The notes beneath the pieces were generated by a model that saw only the letters and a program-made list of their open reading frames with translations, searched no databases and was not told the origin of the DNA. The translations under genes were made by a program, and so were the position numbers. Shown in pieces: positions 28,301-37,086 of a stretch of DNA of 64,000 nt (position 1 is its first letter; every line of letters starts with the position of its first letter). The DNA is from Candidatus Omnitrophota bacterium (lineage in GTDB: Bacteria > Omnitrophota > Gorgyraeia > Duberdicusellales > 4484-171), in contig JAHKAJ010000035.1 in NCBI GenBank assembly GCA_018826075.1, forward strand, positions 15,069-79,068. The letters are read 5' to 3'.

Positions 28301-28345
28301 TACACATCTGTGTAGACAAAGAATCGCTGGCGGGAATATACCCAT

Positions 28346-28741
28346 ATGGAAAATGAGAATAATAAAGAAAAAACTATCGGCTATCCTAAAGAGGTGATCA
28401 ATCTTTTAAATGATCCGAGGTTTTTCGGCAGGATGAATGATCCTACTGGTTCAGCCTACTTAAAAGGGCCGTGCGGGGATTCGATGGAGTTTTATTTGAT
28501 AATCGAAGATGACAGGATTGCTGATATCAAATATTACACAGAAGGCTGTGGTGCTACAAGGGCTTGTGCTGCGATGGTTGCCTATTTAGCTTATAATAAG
28601 GCTATTAATCAAGCTTTGGATATTTCAGCCGGTGAGGTTATCCAGCAGTTAAAAGGTTTGCCCGAAGACCATTTGCACTGTTCAATACTTGCAGTAAGCA
28701 CTCTTTATCGGGCAATAGCCGATTATTTATTACGTTTTTGA
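28346..28741 (+). CDS. IscU/NifU-N-type Fe-S cluster scaffold protein
   Basis: GCGDSM...C...HC cysteine pattern (PCGDSMEF, EGCGATRACAA, HLHCSILA). Confidence 0.75.
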   Translation: MENENNKEKTIGYPKEVINLLNDPRFFGRMNDPTGSAYLKGPCGDSMEFYLIIEDDRIADIKYYTEGCGATRACAAMVAYLAYNKAINQALDISAGEVIQQLKGLPEDHLHCSILAVSTLYRAIADYLLRF

Positions 28742-28771
28742 AATATTAATCAATTTTAAAAGGAGGTAGAG

Positions 28772-29131
28772 ATGGAGCAGAAGGCATTCGGGTATGAACT
28801 GATTATGGACTTGTATGATTGTGATTTAAAAACTATGAAGTCTAAGAAAAAAATTAGAGAATATGTCGATCGTCTTTGTAAATTAATCGATATGGAGAAA
28901 TACGGTAAATTGCATCTTCCTTATTTTGGCTTACAAAAAGCTCAGACCAAGGGCTATTCACTTTTACAATTTATTGAAACCAGTTCGATAACCGGGCATT
29001 TTAGCGAACACTGGCGCGTTTCTTATCTTAATGTTTTTTCCTGTAAATCTTTTGACCATAAAATTGCTTTAAAATTCACTAAGGAATTTTTTGCCGCGAG
29101 CCGCGTAAAGTCAAAATTTCTGGTGCGTTGA
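28772..29131 (+). CDS. speH: S-adenosylmethionine decarboxylase proenzyme, small bacterial/archaeal type
   Basis: GYELIMDLYDC at the N-terminus and an autoprocessing serine site FIETSSITGHF. About 120 aa. Confidence 0.7.
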   Translation: MEQKAFGYELIMDLYDCDLKTMKSKKKIREYVDRLCKLIDMEKYGKLHLPYFGLQKAQTKGYSLLQFIETSSITGHFSEHWRVSYLNVFSCKSFDHKIALKFTKEFFAASRVKSKFLVR

Positions 29132-29255
29132 TGTAGGCAAAATTAGATGAAAACCTATTTAGGTTACATCCCTTATTTTTTCAGGCAGGTTTTGGGAAGG
29201 GTGGTTTTGTAGTAGTAAGCGCTCAAAAGTTAAGTAGCTGCCGGTTTTAAATTAC

Positions 29256-29284
29256 TCCACAAATTAAAGCATTCCTGTTATAAT
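29256..29284 (+). promoter_or_regulatory. extended -10 promoter module, copy A (TCCACA, 17 nt, TGtTATAAT with spacer ...GCATTCC)
   Basis: TCCACA at 29256-29261 and TGTTATAAT at 29276-29284. Near-identical modules lie at 40340-40368 and 35278-35306. Confidence 0.5.
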
Positions 29285-29334
29285 ATCCGCCTAATCGGGT
29301 TTTCTGGATTCACCCGATTTTTAAATTTTAAAAC

Positions 29335-30747
29335 ATGAACAATGCCCGTTTGCGTAAGGTAAATGACAGTATTACCAAAGGCAATCTGCGATTGTCGCTT
29401 TGGAAGCTGGCCGGACCGATGATAGCCAGCGCTCTTTTACATGATTTATTCAGCCTGGTAGACCTTTTCTTTGTCGGGCGCCTGGGTTATGTGGCTGTAG
29501 CGGCTTTGTCTATTTGCGGGGTGATCATTGCCATCATCATGATGATGGCAATCGGTATTTCCACCGGAACCACGGCTTTAGTGGCTCACTTTACCGGTAA
29601 AAAAGATTATCTTAGCGCTGATAATGTACTTTTCCAGACTATTGCCATTAGTGTTATCTGTTCTTTGGTCATGGTTTTTACCGGGATTTTCGGGACCACT
29701 TGGCTTTTACGGATATTCGGGGCAACCCCTGAGATTATTCCAGTTGCTTACGGCTACCTTAAAATAAGTTTTGTCTGGTCTATTTTTATATTTCTGTTTG
29801 TCGGCTTTACCCAGTCTTTGAGAGGGTCCGGAGACGTAGTAGTGCCTTTAAAGGTCCTTATTTTCGCCAACCTGCTCAATATTATTCTTGATCCGTTGTT
29901 TATCTTTGGGATCGGTTTTTTCCCGGGAATGGGGGTCAGCGGTTCAGCTGTAGCTACAGTTATCAGCCAGGCCGCCGGAGTATTAATTCTTTTAGGGCAT
30001 CTTATTTTCGGCCATTCCAGCCTGCATTTTAGCAAAAAAGCTTTTAAGATTAATTTTGGCGTTATCGGCCGGATGGTCAGGATAGGGTTCTTCGCTTCTT
30101 TTGAAGTATTGCTGCGTCAGGTATCACTTCTTCTCTTGGTCCGTTTAGTGGCTTCCTTCGGAGCAGCAGCCTTAGCCGCTTTCGGGATAGCCTTGAGATT
30201 ACGAATGGCAGTGATGATGGTGGGTATGGGTATGGGTATAGCCACCGCAGTCTTGATCGGCCAGAACATGGGTGCTGGCCAGCCCCAGAGGGCTATGCAG
30301 TCAGGCAAAGACACTTTAAAATATTACCAGTTGATCGTGATCCCGGCGGCAGTTTTGTTTTTTATTTTCGCCCCCCAAATAATTGGAGTTTTTAATAATC
30401 ATCCCGAGGTAATCAAAATCGGAACTAGCCTTTTACGTTTTGTTGCGGTCACCCTGCCTTTTTTAGCTTCAGCCTTGATTCTTGGCCGGGGCATGACCGG
30501 AGCCGGAGACACCATTGCTCCGGCAGTAATGACCGGGATTACTCAGCTGGGTTTACGTATCCCGATCGCCTACATATTGGCTTTAGCGGTTGGCATGGGG
30601 ACTAACGGTATCTGGCTGGGGATAAATGCTTCTGATGTTGTCCAGGGAGTGGCGATGTTCTGGTATTTTCGGAAAGGCTTTTGGCAGAAAAGATATCATA
30701 AACACCGGGCTATTCTGGAGGAAGTGGCACCGATTACTATTGCTTAA
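29335..30747 (+). CDS. MATE-family multidrug efflux transporter
   Basis: Twelve-TM protein with a two-fold repeat and MATE-like length and motifs. Confidence 0.85.
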   Translation: MNNARLRKVNDSITKGNLRLSLWKLAGPMIASALLHDLFSLVDLFFVGRLGYVAVAALSICGVIIAIIMMMAIGISTGTTALVAHFTGKKDYLSADNVLFQTIAISVICSLVMVFTGIFGTTWLLRIFGATPEIIPVAYGYLKISFVWSIFIFLFVGFTQSLRGSGDVVVPLKVLIFANLLNIILDPLFIFGIGFFPGMGVSGSAVATVISQAAGVLILLGHLIFGHSSLHFSKKAFKINFGVIGRMVRIGFFASFEVLLRQVSLLLLVRLVASFGAAALAAFGIALRLRMAVMMVGMGMGIATAVLIGQNMGAGQPQRAMQSGKDTLKYYQLIVIPAAVLFFIFAPQIIGVFNNHPEVIKIGTSLLRFVAVTLPFLASALILGRGMTGAGDTIAPAVMTGITQLGLRIPIAYILALAVGMGTNGIWLGINASDVVQGVAMFWYFRKGFWQKRYHKHRAILEEVAPITIA

Positions 30748-30880
30748 ATATTTTTTTCTTATACAATGTTTTTTGCAGCCGAGGTCGTTTGGAAACTTTT
30801 TGGCGGCATATCCACATATCATGAGAAGGCTTTTGAAAAATGGCCAGCACACCGTTCGGATAGTAAAATAAGGTAAAAGT

Positions 30881-31858
30881 ATGGAAATTATTTTATTGGG
30901 CTTAACGCTTCTCTGCGGGGGGTATATCGGCTGGGCTATCGGTGCAAATGATGCTGCCAACTGCGTAGGTGCAGATATTGGTTCGGGCAAGATGACTCTT
31001 AAGCAGGGAATAGCTATTACCTGCGTTTTTAGCTTTTTAGGGGCAATACTTTTAGGCTCGAAAGTAATCAAGACAGTAGGTAAAGGTATAGTTGCTTTGG
31101 ACCAATTGGAGCCCCAGCTGAGTTTATTGGTTGCTTTAGCCGCCTGTTTTGGTGCGGGTACCTGGGTAATCATAGCTACTATGCGCGGCCTGCCGGTTTC
31201 AACCAGCCACTCTATAGTAGGCGCAGTAGGAGGAGCCGGGTTGGCCATCGGAGCACCGGTTATCTGGAAGAAATTACTGGATATTTTTATTTGCTGGTTT
31301 CTTACGCCGATCGGCGCGGCAATACTTTCCTATCTTTTATTCAGGCCTTTCCGTAGGCTATTTTATATGGTTGTGCCCAGGAAGTTCCATGATCCGGTGG
31401 TAACCTTTTTTATATTTGCCACTAGTATTTATTTAGCTTTTACCTGGGGCGGAAACGACGTTGCCAATGCTACTGGGGTGCTTGCCGGAGTTGGAATAAT
31501 GAGCTCAAAACAGGCAGCAGCTTTCGGAGCGATTGCGATAGTCATTGGAATTATAACTTTGGGCCGGAAAGTGATTCAGACAATCGGATTTAAAATTACC
31601 CGATTAACTCCCTTAATGACTATCGTGGCTGAGATAGCCAGCGGGATAAATGTACATGTCTATACAATTTTTGGGATACCGGTTTCAACCAGCCACTCTA
31701 TTATCGGAGCAGTCGCCGGTGTAGGCTTGGTTAAAGGCATAAAAATGATAAATAAAAGATTGATTGGCGAAATAATCCTGGTTTGGAGCCTTACTCCTTT
31801 AGCCAGCGGTATTTTGTCGTACTTGACTATAAGGTTTATTAAATTGTTTTTTAGATAA
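30881..31858 (+). CDS. pit: PiT-family inorganic phosphate transporter
   Basis: GANDAAN and GGNDVANA signature repeats. Confidence 0.85.
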   Translation: MEIILLGLTLLCGGYIGWAIGANDAANCVGADIGSGKMTLKQGIAITCVFSFLGAILLGSKVIKTVGKGIVALDQLEPQLSLLVALAACFGAGTWVIIATMRGLPVSTSHSIVGAVGGAGLAIGAPVIWKKLLDIFICWFLTPIGAAILSYLLFRPFRRLFYMVVPRKFHDPVVTFFIFATSIYLAFTWGGNDVANATGVLAGVGIMSSKQAAAFGAIAIVIGIITLGRKVIQTIGFKITRLTPLMTIVAEIASGINVHVYTIFGIPVSTSHSIIGAVAGVGLVKGIKMINKRLIGEIILVWSLTPLASGILSYLTIRFIKLFFR

Positions 31859-31872
31859 AAGGAGGAGTTGAA

Positions 31873-32541
31873 ATGGAAAGGCCTAAAAACATATTCGGAT
31901 GGTTTGGGATGAAGCAGGAGGAATTGGTTTTAGAAGATGCCAAGAAACATGTGGAAATTACTTATCAGACTGTAGACTGGTTTAAAAAGGCAATTTCAGC
32001 CTTTGTTGCCGGTAATAACCGGGAAAAAAACGAAGCCATTGAAAAGGTAAGCGAGTGCGAACGCCAGGCCGATGAACTTAGAAAAAAAATGGTTAATGAA
32101 TTGTCGGAGGGTTTATTAGTTGCTCCTGACCGCGAGGATTTAATGCATTTTGTTAAGTCTTTGGACAGGATAGCCGATTGGACCAATGGAGCGGCCCGCT
32201 TACTGGGGTTTATTGAACAGAAACTTCCTGACAATGTATTGGAAAATATTTCTTTGGCTACGGATTTGATTTTCAACTCTATTACCAAACTTAGAGAGGC
32301 TATCCAATCATTAATCAGTAATGATTTTAAGAAATCTCTTAAGGATTGTGAAGAGGTAGACCATATAGAGCATTCTGCCGATGAACAAAAAAAAGTTTTG
32401 ATTGGGGTAATTATCCATGCGCGGCTTGAGCCGACCAGTCTTCTTTTGACTTATCAATTGGCCGAGTATTTAGAAGGAGTGACTGATAAAATTGAAGACG
32501 CCGCTGATTTTATTAAAGTTGTGGCTGTAAGAGTAAACTAG
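31873..32541 (+). CDS. DUF47 / PhoU-like Pit accessory protein
   Basis: About 220 aa, helical and PhoU-like. Immediately downstream of pit, the canonical pairing. Confidence 0.7.
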   Translation: MERPKNIFGWFGMKQEELVLEDAKKHVEITYQTVDWFKKAISAFVAGNNREKNEAIEKVSECERQADELRKKMVNELSEGLLVAPDREDLMHFVKSLDRIADWTNGAARLLGFIEQKLPDNVLENISLATDLIFNSITKLREAIQSLISNDFKKSLKDCEEVDHIEHSADEQKKVLIGVIIHARLEPTSLLLTYQLAEYLEGVTDKIEDAADFIKVVAVRVN

Positions 32542-32551
32542 GTTAGTTTAT

Positions 32552-33511
32552 ATGGCAATTTCGATATCTCTGTTCAGTATTGGTTTTGTTTTGCTAGTCA
32601 AGGGAGCTGATTTTCTGGTTGAAGGTGCAAGCTTCCTAGCAAAAAGATTAAAAGTTACGGATTTGGTAATCGGCTTGACTGTAGTAGCCTTCGGCACGTC
32701 TACCCCGGAGCTGTTTGTAAATCTATTTGCCAGCATACAGGGGAATTCCGGGATTGCTATCGGGAATATATTGGGAAGCAACATTTTTAACTTACTTTTT
32801 ATTCTGGGCGTAGCTTCTTTGATTTATCCCCTGACTGTTGCCAGAGGCACGGTTTGGAAAGAGATTCCTTTCAGCCTTCTTGCGGCAGTCATCCTGGGGG
32901 TAGTGGCTAATGATGTTTTGTTTGATCAAGGAAATTCTTCCCTGATTAGTTGGATAGACGGTTTTATTTTTATGTCTTTTTTTGGAATTTTTATCTATTA
33001 CCTTGCGGCGATAGCCAGAGATTCCCGAAATAACCAGCAAGCCGATAAAGATAAAAAGAGCCTGGTTAAAATTTTTGCCGCGCTCACAATCGGCCTTTTG
33101 GGATTAGCCTTCGGGGGTAATTTAGTAGCCAGGGGGGCTGTAGATATTGCCAGCCGTTTAGGAGTCAGCCAGTCGTTCATCGGCTTAACCATCGTTGCTA
33201 TAGGAACATCTCTGCCGGAGTTAGCCACTTCAGCGGTTGCCGCCTGCAAGAAAAATTCCGATATCGCCGTCGGCAATATTATTGGTTCAAACATTTTCAA
33301 TATCTTTTTCATTTTGGGAATTTCGGCATTAATCAAGCCTCTGCCGTTAACCGGGCAGATCAATACGGATATTTTAGTGTTGATAGGGGCAAGTTTACTT
33401 TTGTTCTTTTTTATGTTTACCGGCAACCGGCGTACTCTTGACCGGTGGGAAGGGGTAGTTTTTATTTTACTTTATATCGGTTATCTGGTTTTTTTGATTG
33501 AGAGGGGATGA
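32552..33511 (+). CDS. CaCA-family Na+/Ca2+ exchanger (YrbG-like)
   Basis: Alpha repeats GTSTPELFV and GTSLPELATS. Confidence 0.8.
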   Translation: MAISISLFSIGFVLLVKGADFLVEGASFLAKRLKVTDLVIGLTVVAFGTSTPELFVNLFASIQGNSGIAIGNILGSNIFNLLFILGVASLIYPLTVARGTVWKEIPFSLLAAVILGVVANDVLFDQGNSSLISWIDGFIFMSFFGIFIYYLAAIARDSRNNQQADKDKKSLVKIFAALTIGLLGLAFGGNLVARGAVDIASRLGVSQSFIGLTIVAIGTSLPELATSAVAACKKNSDIAVGNIIGSNIFNIFFILGISALIKPLPLTGQINTDILVLIGASLLLFFFMFTGNRRTLDRWEGVVFILLYIGYLVFLIERG

Positions 33512-33536
33512 ATTACCAAAATATAGGAGGTGCCTG

Positions 33537-34121
33537 ATGAAGATCAGAACGGTTTTGTTTTTGCTTCTGGTTGTTTTTGCTTTTTCCGGATGTGCTACCA
33601 TTAAGAAAGCCCGCAGGGTAGACACATTGGAAAGAGAACTTTCAGAGTTGGAAATGGCTAAGCGTGAATTGGAAAACTCGCTCAAAAAAGAAATTGGAAA
33701 TTATAAGGCTAAATTGGAGATGACTGAACGCGGCCTGGTAGTTACTTTTCTTTCTGAGGTGTTTTTCGATTCCGGCAAAGACTTGATTAAAGAAGAGGGT
33801 AAAGAATCAATTCGTAAAGTTGCCGAAGTCCTAAACCGGGATGTTCCTGCCTCTGCCGTGGCAGTTGAAGGTCATACTGATGATGACCCTATAAAATACT
33901 CCGGCTGGAAGTCAAACTGGGAGCTTTCTTCGGCCCGAGCCTTGGCAGTTCTGCATTTCCTTATTGATGAATGTCAGGTTGCTCCTGAGCGGCTTTCGGC
34001 TAATGCTTATGGTGAATATCACTCGGTTGAGCCTAATGATTCTCCGGAAAACAAGGAAAAAAACCGCCGGGTTGAGATCGTAATCTTGCCCTCTAAATTA
34101 AGTAAACAGAAAGCAGAGTAG
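33537..34121 (+). CDS. OmpA/MotB-domain lipoprotein
   Basis: Lipobox FSGC. An OmpA-like C-terminal domain (NRRVEIVIL). Start moved to the ATG at 33537, which follows an AGGAGG RBS. Confidence 0.75.
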   Translation: MKIRTVLFLLLVVFAFSGCATIKKARRVDTLERELSELEMAKRELENSLKKEIGNYKAKLEMTERGLVVTFLSEVFFDSGKDLIKEEGKESIRKVAEVLNRDVPASAVAVEGHTDDDPIKYSGWKSNWELSSARALAVLHFLIDECQVAPERLSANAYGEYHSVEPNDSPENKEKNRRVEIVILPSKLSKQKAE

Positions 34122-34166
34122 GGGCCAGGTTTAATACCGCGCCCAGCTGTTAAATCGTATATTTGC

Positions 34167-35246
34167 ATGAATGATATTCCCTGTCAAGAACGCCGCTTAA
34201 GTTTTTTTGAGCGATACCTCACGCTTTGGGTGGTTGGTTGTATCGGGTTTGGTATCCTGTTGGGTAAATTATTCCCTCAGCTGGCAGTGACTCTCGACCA
34301 ATTTTCGATATATCAAGTTTCAATCCCTATAGCGATCTGTCTTTTCTTTATGATGTATCCGATAATGGTCAAGATTGATTTTGCTGAGGTAGTCAAGGCC
34401 GGCAAGACTCCAAAACCGGTTATTCTTACTTTGTTTGTGAATTGGTGTATAAAACCGTTCACTATGCTGGCCATCGCTATGTTTTTCCTTGGGTTTTTGT
34501 TTAAAGGGTGGTTGCCGGGAGTGGAGATTGTTAAAGGCGGGGCAGAAGTGGAATTATTCAGGTCATATATCGCCGGATGTATTCTTTTGGGTATTGCTCC
34601 CTGTACGGCAATGGTTTTGATCTGGGGGCATCTTTCCAAGGGTAACGACGGTCACACCTTGGTAATGGTGGCGATCAATTCTTTGACTATGCTATTTTTA
34701 TATGCGCCTTTGGGAGGATGGCTTTTAGGTGTGAATAAGATGCAGATCCCCTGGCAGACGATTATTTTGTCAGTGATTATCTATGTGGGCTTACCGTTGT
34801 TTCTGGGGTACCACTCAAGAAAATGGTTAATCGCCAGAAAGGGGATCGGGTGGTTTAAGGAAAAATTTCTGCATTACCTGACCCCGGTTTCAATATCGGC
34901 TTTACTTCTTACTTTGGTTTTGCTTTTTTCTTTTAAGGGCGAGTTGATCATCAACCAGCCGCAGATAATTTTTTTAATCGCCATACCGCTGTTTATCCAA
35001 ACTTGTCTTATTTTTGCTATAACCTACTGCATGGCTAAATGGTTAAAATTACCTTATCGAGACGCCGCACCTTCGGCTTTGATCGGAGCCAGCAACCATT
35101 TTGAGGTAGCCATAGCAACCTCAACCATTCTTTTTGGCATATCTTCCGGCGCTGCCCTGGCAACCGTTGTCGGGGTGTTGATTGAAGTTCCGGTAATGCT
35201 GATGCTGGTCAGGGTTTGCCTGAAGACTCAGAACTGGTTTAAATAA
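34167..35246 (+). CDS. acr3: ACR3-family arsenite efflux permease
   Basis: [11 protein letters not shown]-terminus, ten TM helices, and the conserved Cys in the [10 protein letters not shown] helix. Confidence 0.85.
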   Translation: MNDIPCQERRLSFFERYLTLWVVGCIGFGILLGKLFPQLAVTLDQFSIYQVSIPIAICLFFMMYPIMVKIDFAEVVKAGKTPKPVILTLFVNWCIKPFTMLAIAMFFLGFLFKGWLPGVEIVKGGAEVELFRSYIAGCILLGIAPCTAMVLIWGHLSKGNDGHTLVMVAINSLTMLFLYAPLGGWLLGVNKMQIPWQTIILSVIIYVGLPLFLGYHSRKWLIARKGIGWFKEKFLHYLTPVSISALLLTLVLLFSFKGELIINQPQIIFLIAIPLFIQTCLIFAITYCMAKWLKLPYRDAAPSALIGASNHFEVAIATSTILFGISSGAALATVVGVLIEVPVMLMLVRVCLKTQNWFK

Positions 35247-35277
35247 CCAGCTGACCCAAACCGTATTCAAATAGTTA

Positions 35278-35306
35278 CCTCATCCGGTCACATTCCTGTT
35301 ATAATG
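35278..35306 (+). promoter_or_regulatory. extended -10 promoter module, copy C (..CATTCCTGTTATAAT)
   Basis: TGTTATAAT at 35298-35306 with the shared CATTCC spacer end. The -35 box is weak. Confidence 0.4.
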
Positions 35307-35357
35307 TCTACTGAAGGCGGTATTTGTTAGTATAGCAGATTCCTTTAAGTCAAAAAT

Positions 35358-36953
35358 ATGCTTGATACAGCAAAAAAAAGATGTCGTTTAAGGATCATAA
35401 TCCCGGCTTATCCGGCTTTCAATATCTATTCCCGCGTCGCCAGAGGGACTACGTCTTTGGGCCCAGTGTGCGTCGCCAGCGCCGCCAATAAAATGGAAAA
35501 ATGGGATGTTGAGGTTATCGATGAAAATAATCTTCGCAGATACGGCCCTAAAGGTAATGTCAGTGGAGCCGATCATGAATTTCTTCAATCTTTAAGGCCG
35601 GCGGACGTAGTGGGGTTTTACGGCGGCCTGACCAGCACTATACCCAGGCTATATAAGATAGCCAGATTTTACAAAGATAGAGGCGTTATAACTGTTGCCG
35701 GCGGACAGCATTTTGCAGAGGAGAATGTTCCCGAAGCACTTAATTCAGGAGTTGATTACATAGTTATTGGCGAAGGCGAGGAAGCCATAGGAGAACTTTT
35801 AGAGGTTTTTGAAGGCAGGCGCCAGCTAAACACGGTTAAAGGTATAGCTTATCGGGATAACAACAGAGAAATTGTCTATACCGCGAAAAGAGAACCAATC
35901 ATTGATTTTGACAAATTACCTATACCGGATTTTTCTTTAGTGCGTTATGCCAAGATTAAACTTTATCCGGTTGAAAGAATAAGGGGCTGCGGCATGGATT
36001 GTGAATTCTGTACCGTTAAAGGTAAGCCAAGATATTCTTCAGTTGAGCGGATGATAGAACGGATAAGCCTTATTTTGGAGACAAAGGATGCCCGGCATTT
36101 TTTCATTGTTGATGACCTTTTCGGCCAGCAAAGAGATGAGACGATACGGTTTTGCAATCTGCTCAGGGATTATCAAAAAAATATAAGAAAAAGACTGGAT
36201 TTTAGCGTTCAGATACGGTTAGATAAGGCTAATGATCATGAGCTGCTTTTGGCTATGCGCCAGGCTGGCATAAATACAGTAGCCATTGGCTTTGAGTCGC
36301 CGATAGAGGAAGAGTTAAAGGCTATGCGTAAACGCATCAGGCCGGAAGATATATTGAAACTTACAAAAACCTTTCATAAATTCGGATTTTTAATCCACGG
36401 AATGTTTATTTTTGGTTACCCTATGAAAGAAGGCGTATCCTTCAGCATGCCGGCCAAAGAGAGGGTAAAACGCTTCAGGAATTTTATTAAGAAAGCAAAG
36501 CTGGATACCATACAGGTTCTTTTACCCGGGCCTTTAGCCGGAACAGAGCTGTATAAAAGGCTGATGCGGCAAAACAGGGTATACCCTACAAGTGAGGTGG
36601 GCTGGGAATATTACGATGGTAATTTCCCGCTTTTTGAGCCCGATAAACCATTGAGCGCGGAAGAGATGCAGGACTCGGTTAGGAAAATCATGGGCAATTT
36701 TTACCACTTTAAGCACCTGTTTAGAATTGGCCTAAATATATTTTCTTTTCCGGCCCTGGTTTTTTTTATGCATGATATTACCTACGGCTGGAGGATTTGG
36801 TATCGGTCCTGGCGTAATGATCTGCTGCGTTTTGGCGGCTGGCTTACCATCAAAGAATGGGCTACAAAATTCAGAAAAGACCCGTTTTTGCAAAAGTTAC
36901 AGCAGGCAAAAAAACATATAAAAGACACTCAAGAGAAACAGGTTAATCACTAG
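35358..36953 (+). CDS. B12-binding (class B) radical SAM protein
   Basis: N-terminal cobalamin-binding Rossmann domain. Radical SAM CxxxCxxC (CGMDCEFC). C-terminal helical extension. Confidence 0.8.
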   Translation: MLDTAKKRCRLRIIIPAYPAFNIYSRVARGTTSLGPVCVASAANKMEKWDVEVIDENNLRRYGPKGNVSGADHEFLQSLRPADVVGFYGGLTSTIPRLYKIARFYKDRGVITVAGGQHFAEENVPEALNSGVDYIVIGEGEEAIGELLEVFEGRRQLNTVKGIAYRDNNREIVYTAKREPIIDFDKLPIPDFSLVRYAKIKLYPVERIRGCGMDCEFCTVKGKPRYSSVERMIERISLILETKDARHFFIVDDLFGQQRDETIRFCNLLRDYQKNIRKRLDFSVQIRLDKANDHELLLAMRQAGINTVAIGFESPIEEELKAMRKRIRPEDILKLTKTFHKFGFLIHGMFIFGYPMKEGVSFSMPAKERVKRFRNFIKKAKLDTIQVLLPGPLAGTELYKRLMRQNRVYPTSEVGWEYYDGNFPLFEPDKPLSAEEMQDSVRKIMGNFYHFKHLFRIGLNIFSFPALVFFMHDITYGWRIWYRSWRNDLLRFGGWLTIKEWATKFRKDPFLQKLQQAKKHIKDTQEKQVNH

Positions 36954-37086
36954 CTGCCCGGCTACACTTTTCTTATTAAATAATATTTTTTTGCTATAAC
37001 GTCTAAATTTGAAATGGCAATTTAAACGTTCAGGGGAGGTCCTGGGTGGTAACCAAGAGTTTTGAAATGCGAAGAATAGGAATAAG

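Noticed and set aside
30583-31248. 221-aa ORF on the minus strand spanning the MATE-gene end and the pit start
   Set aside because: It is entirely antisense to two well-supported transporter genes. It has no RBS or recognisable domain. Its Pro/Ala-rich composition is typical of a reverse-frame artefact of GC-richer coding DNA.
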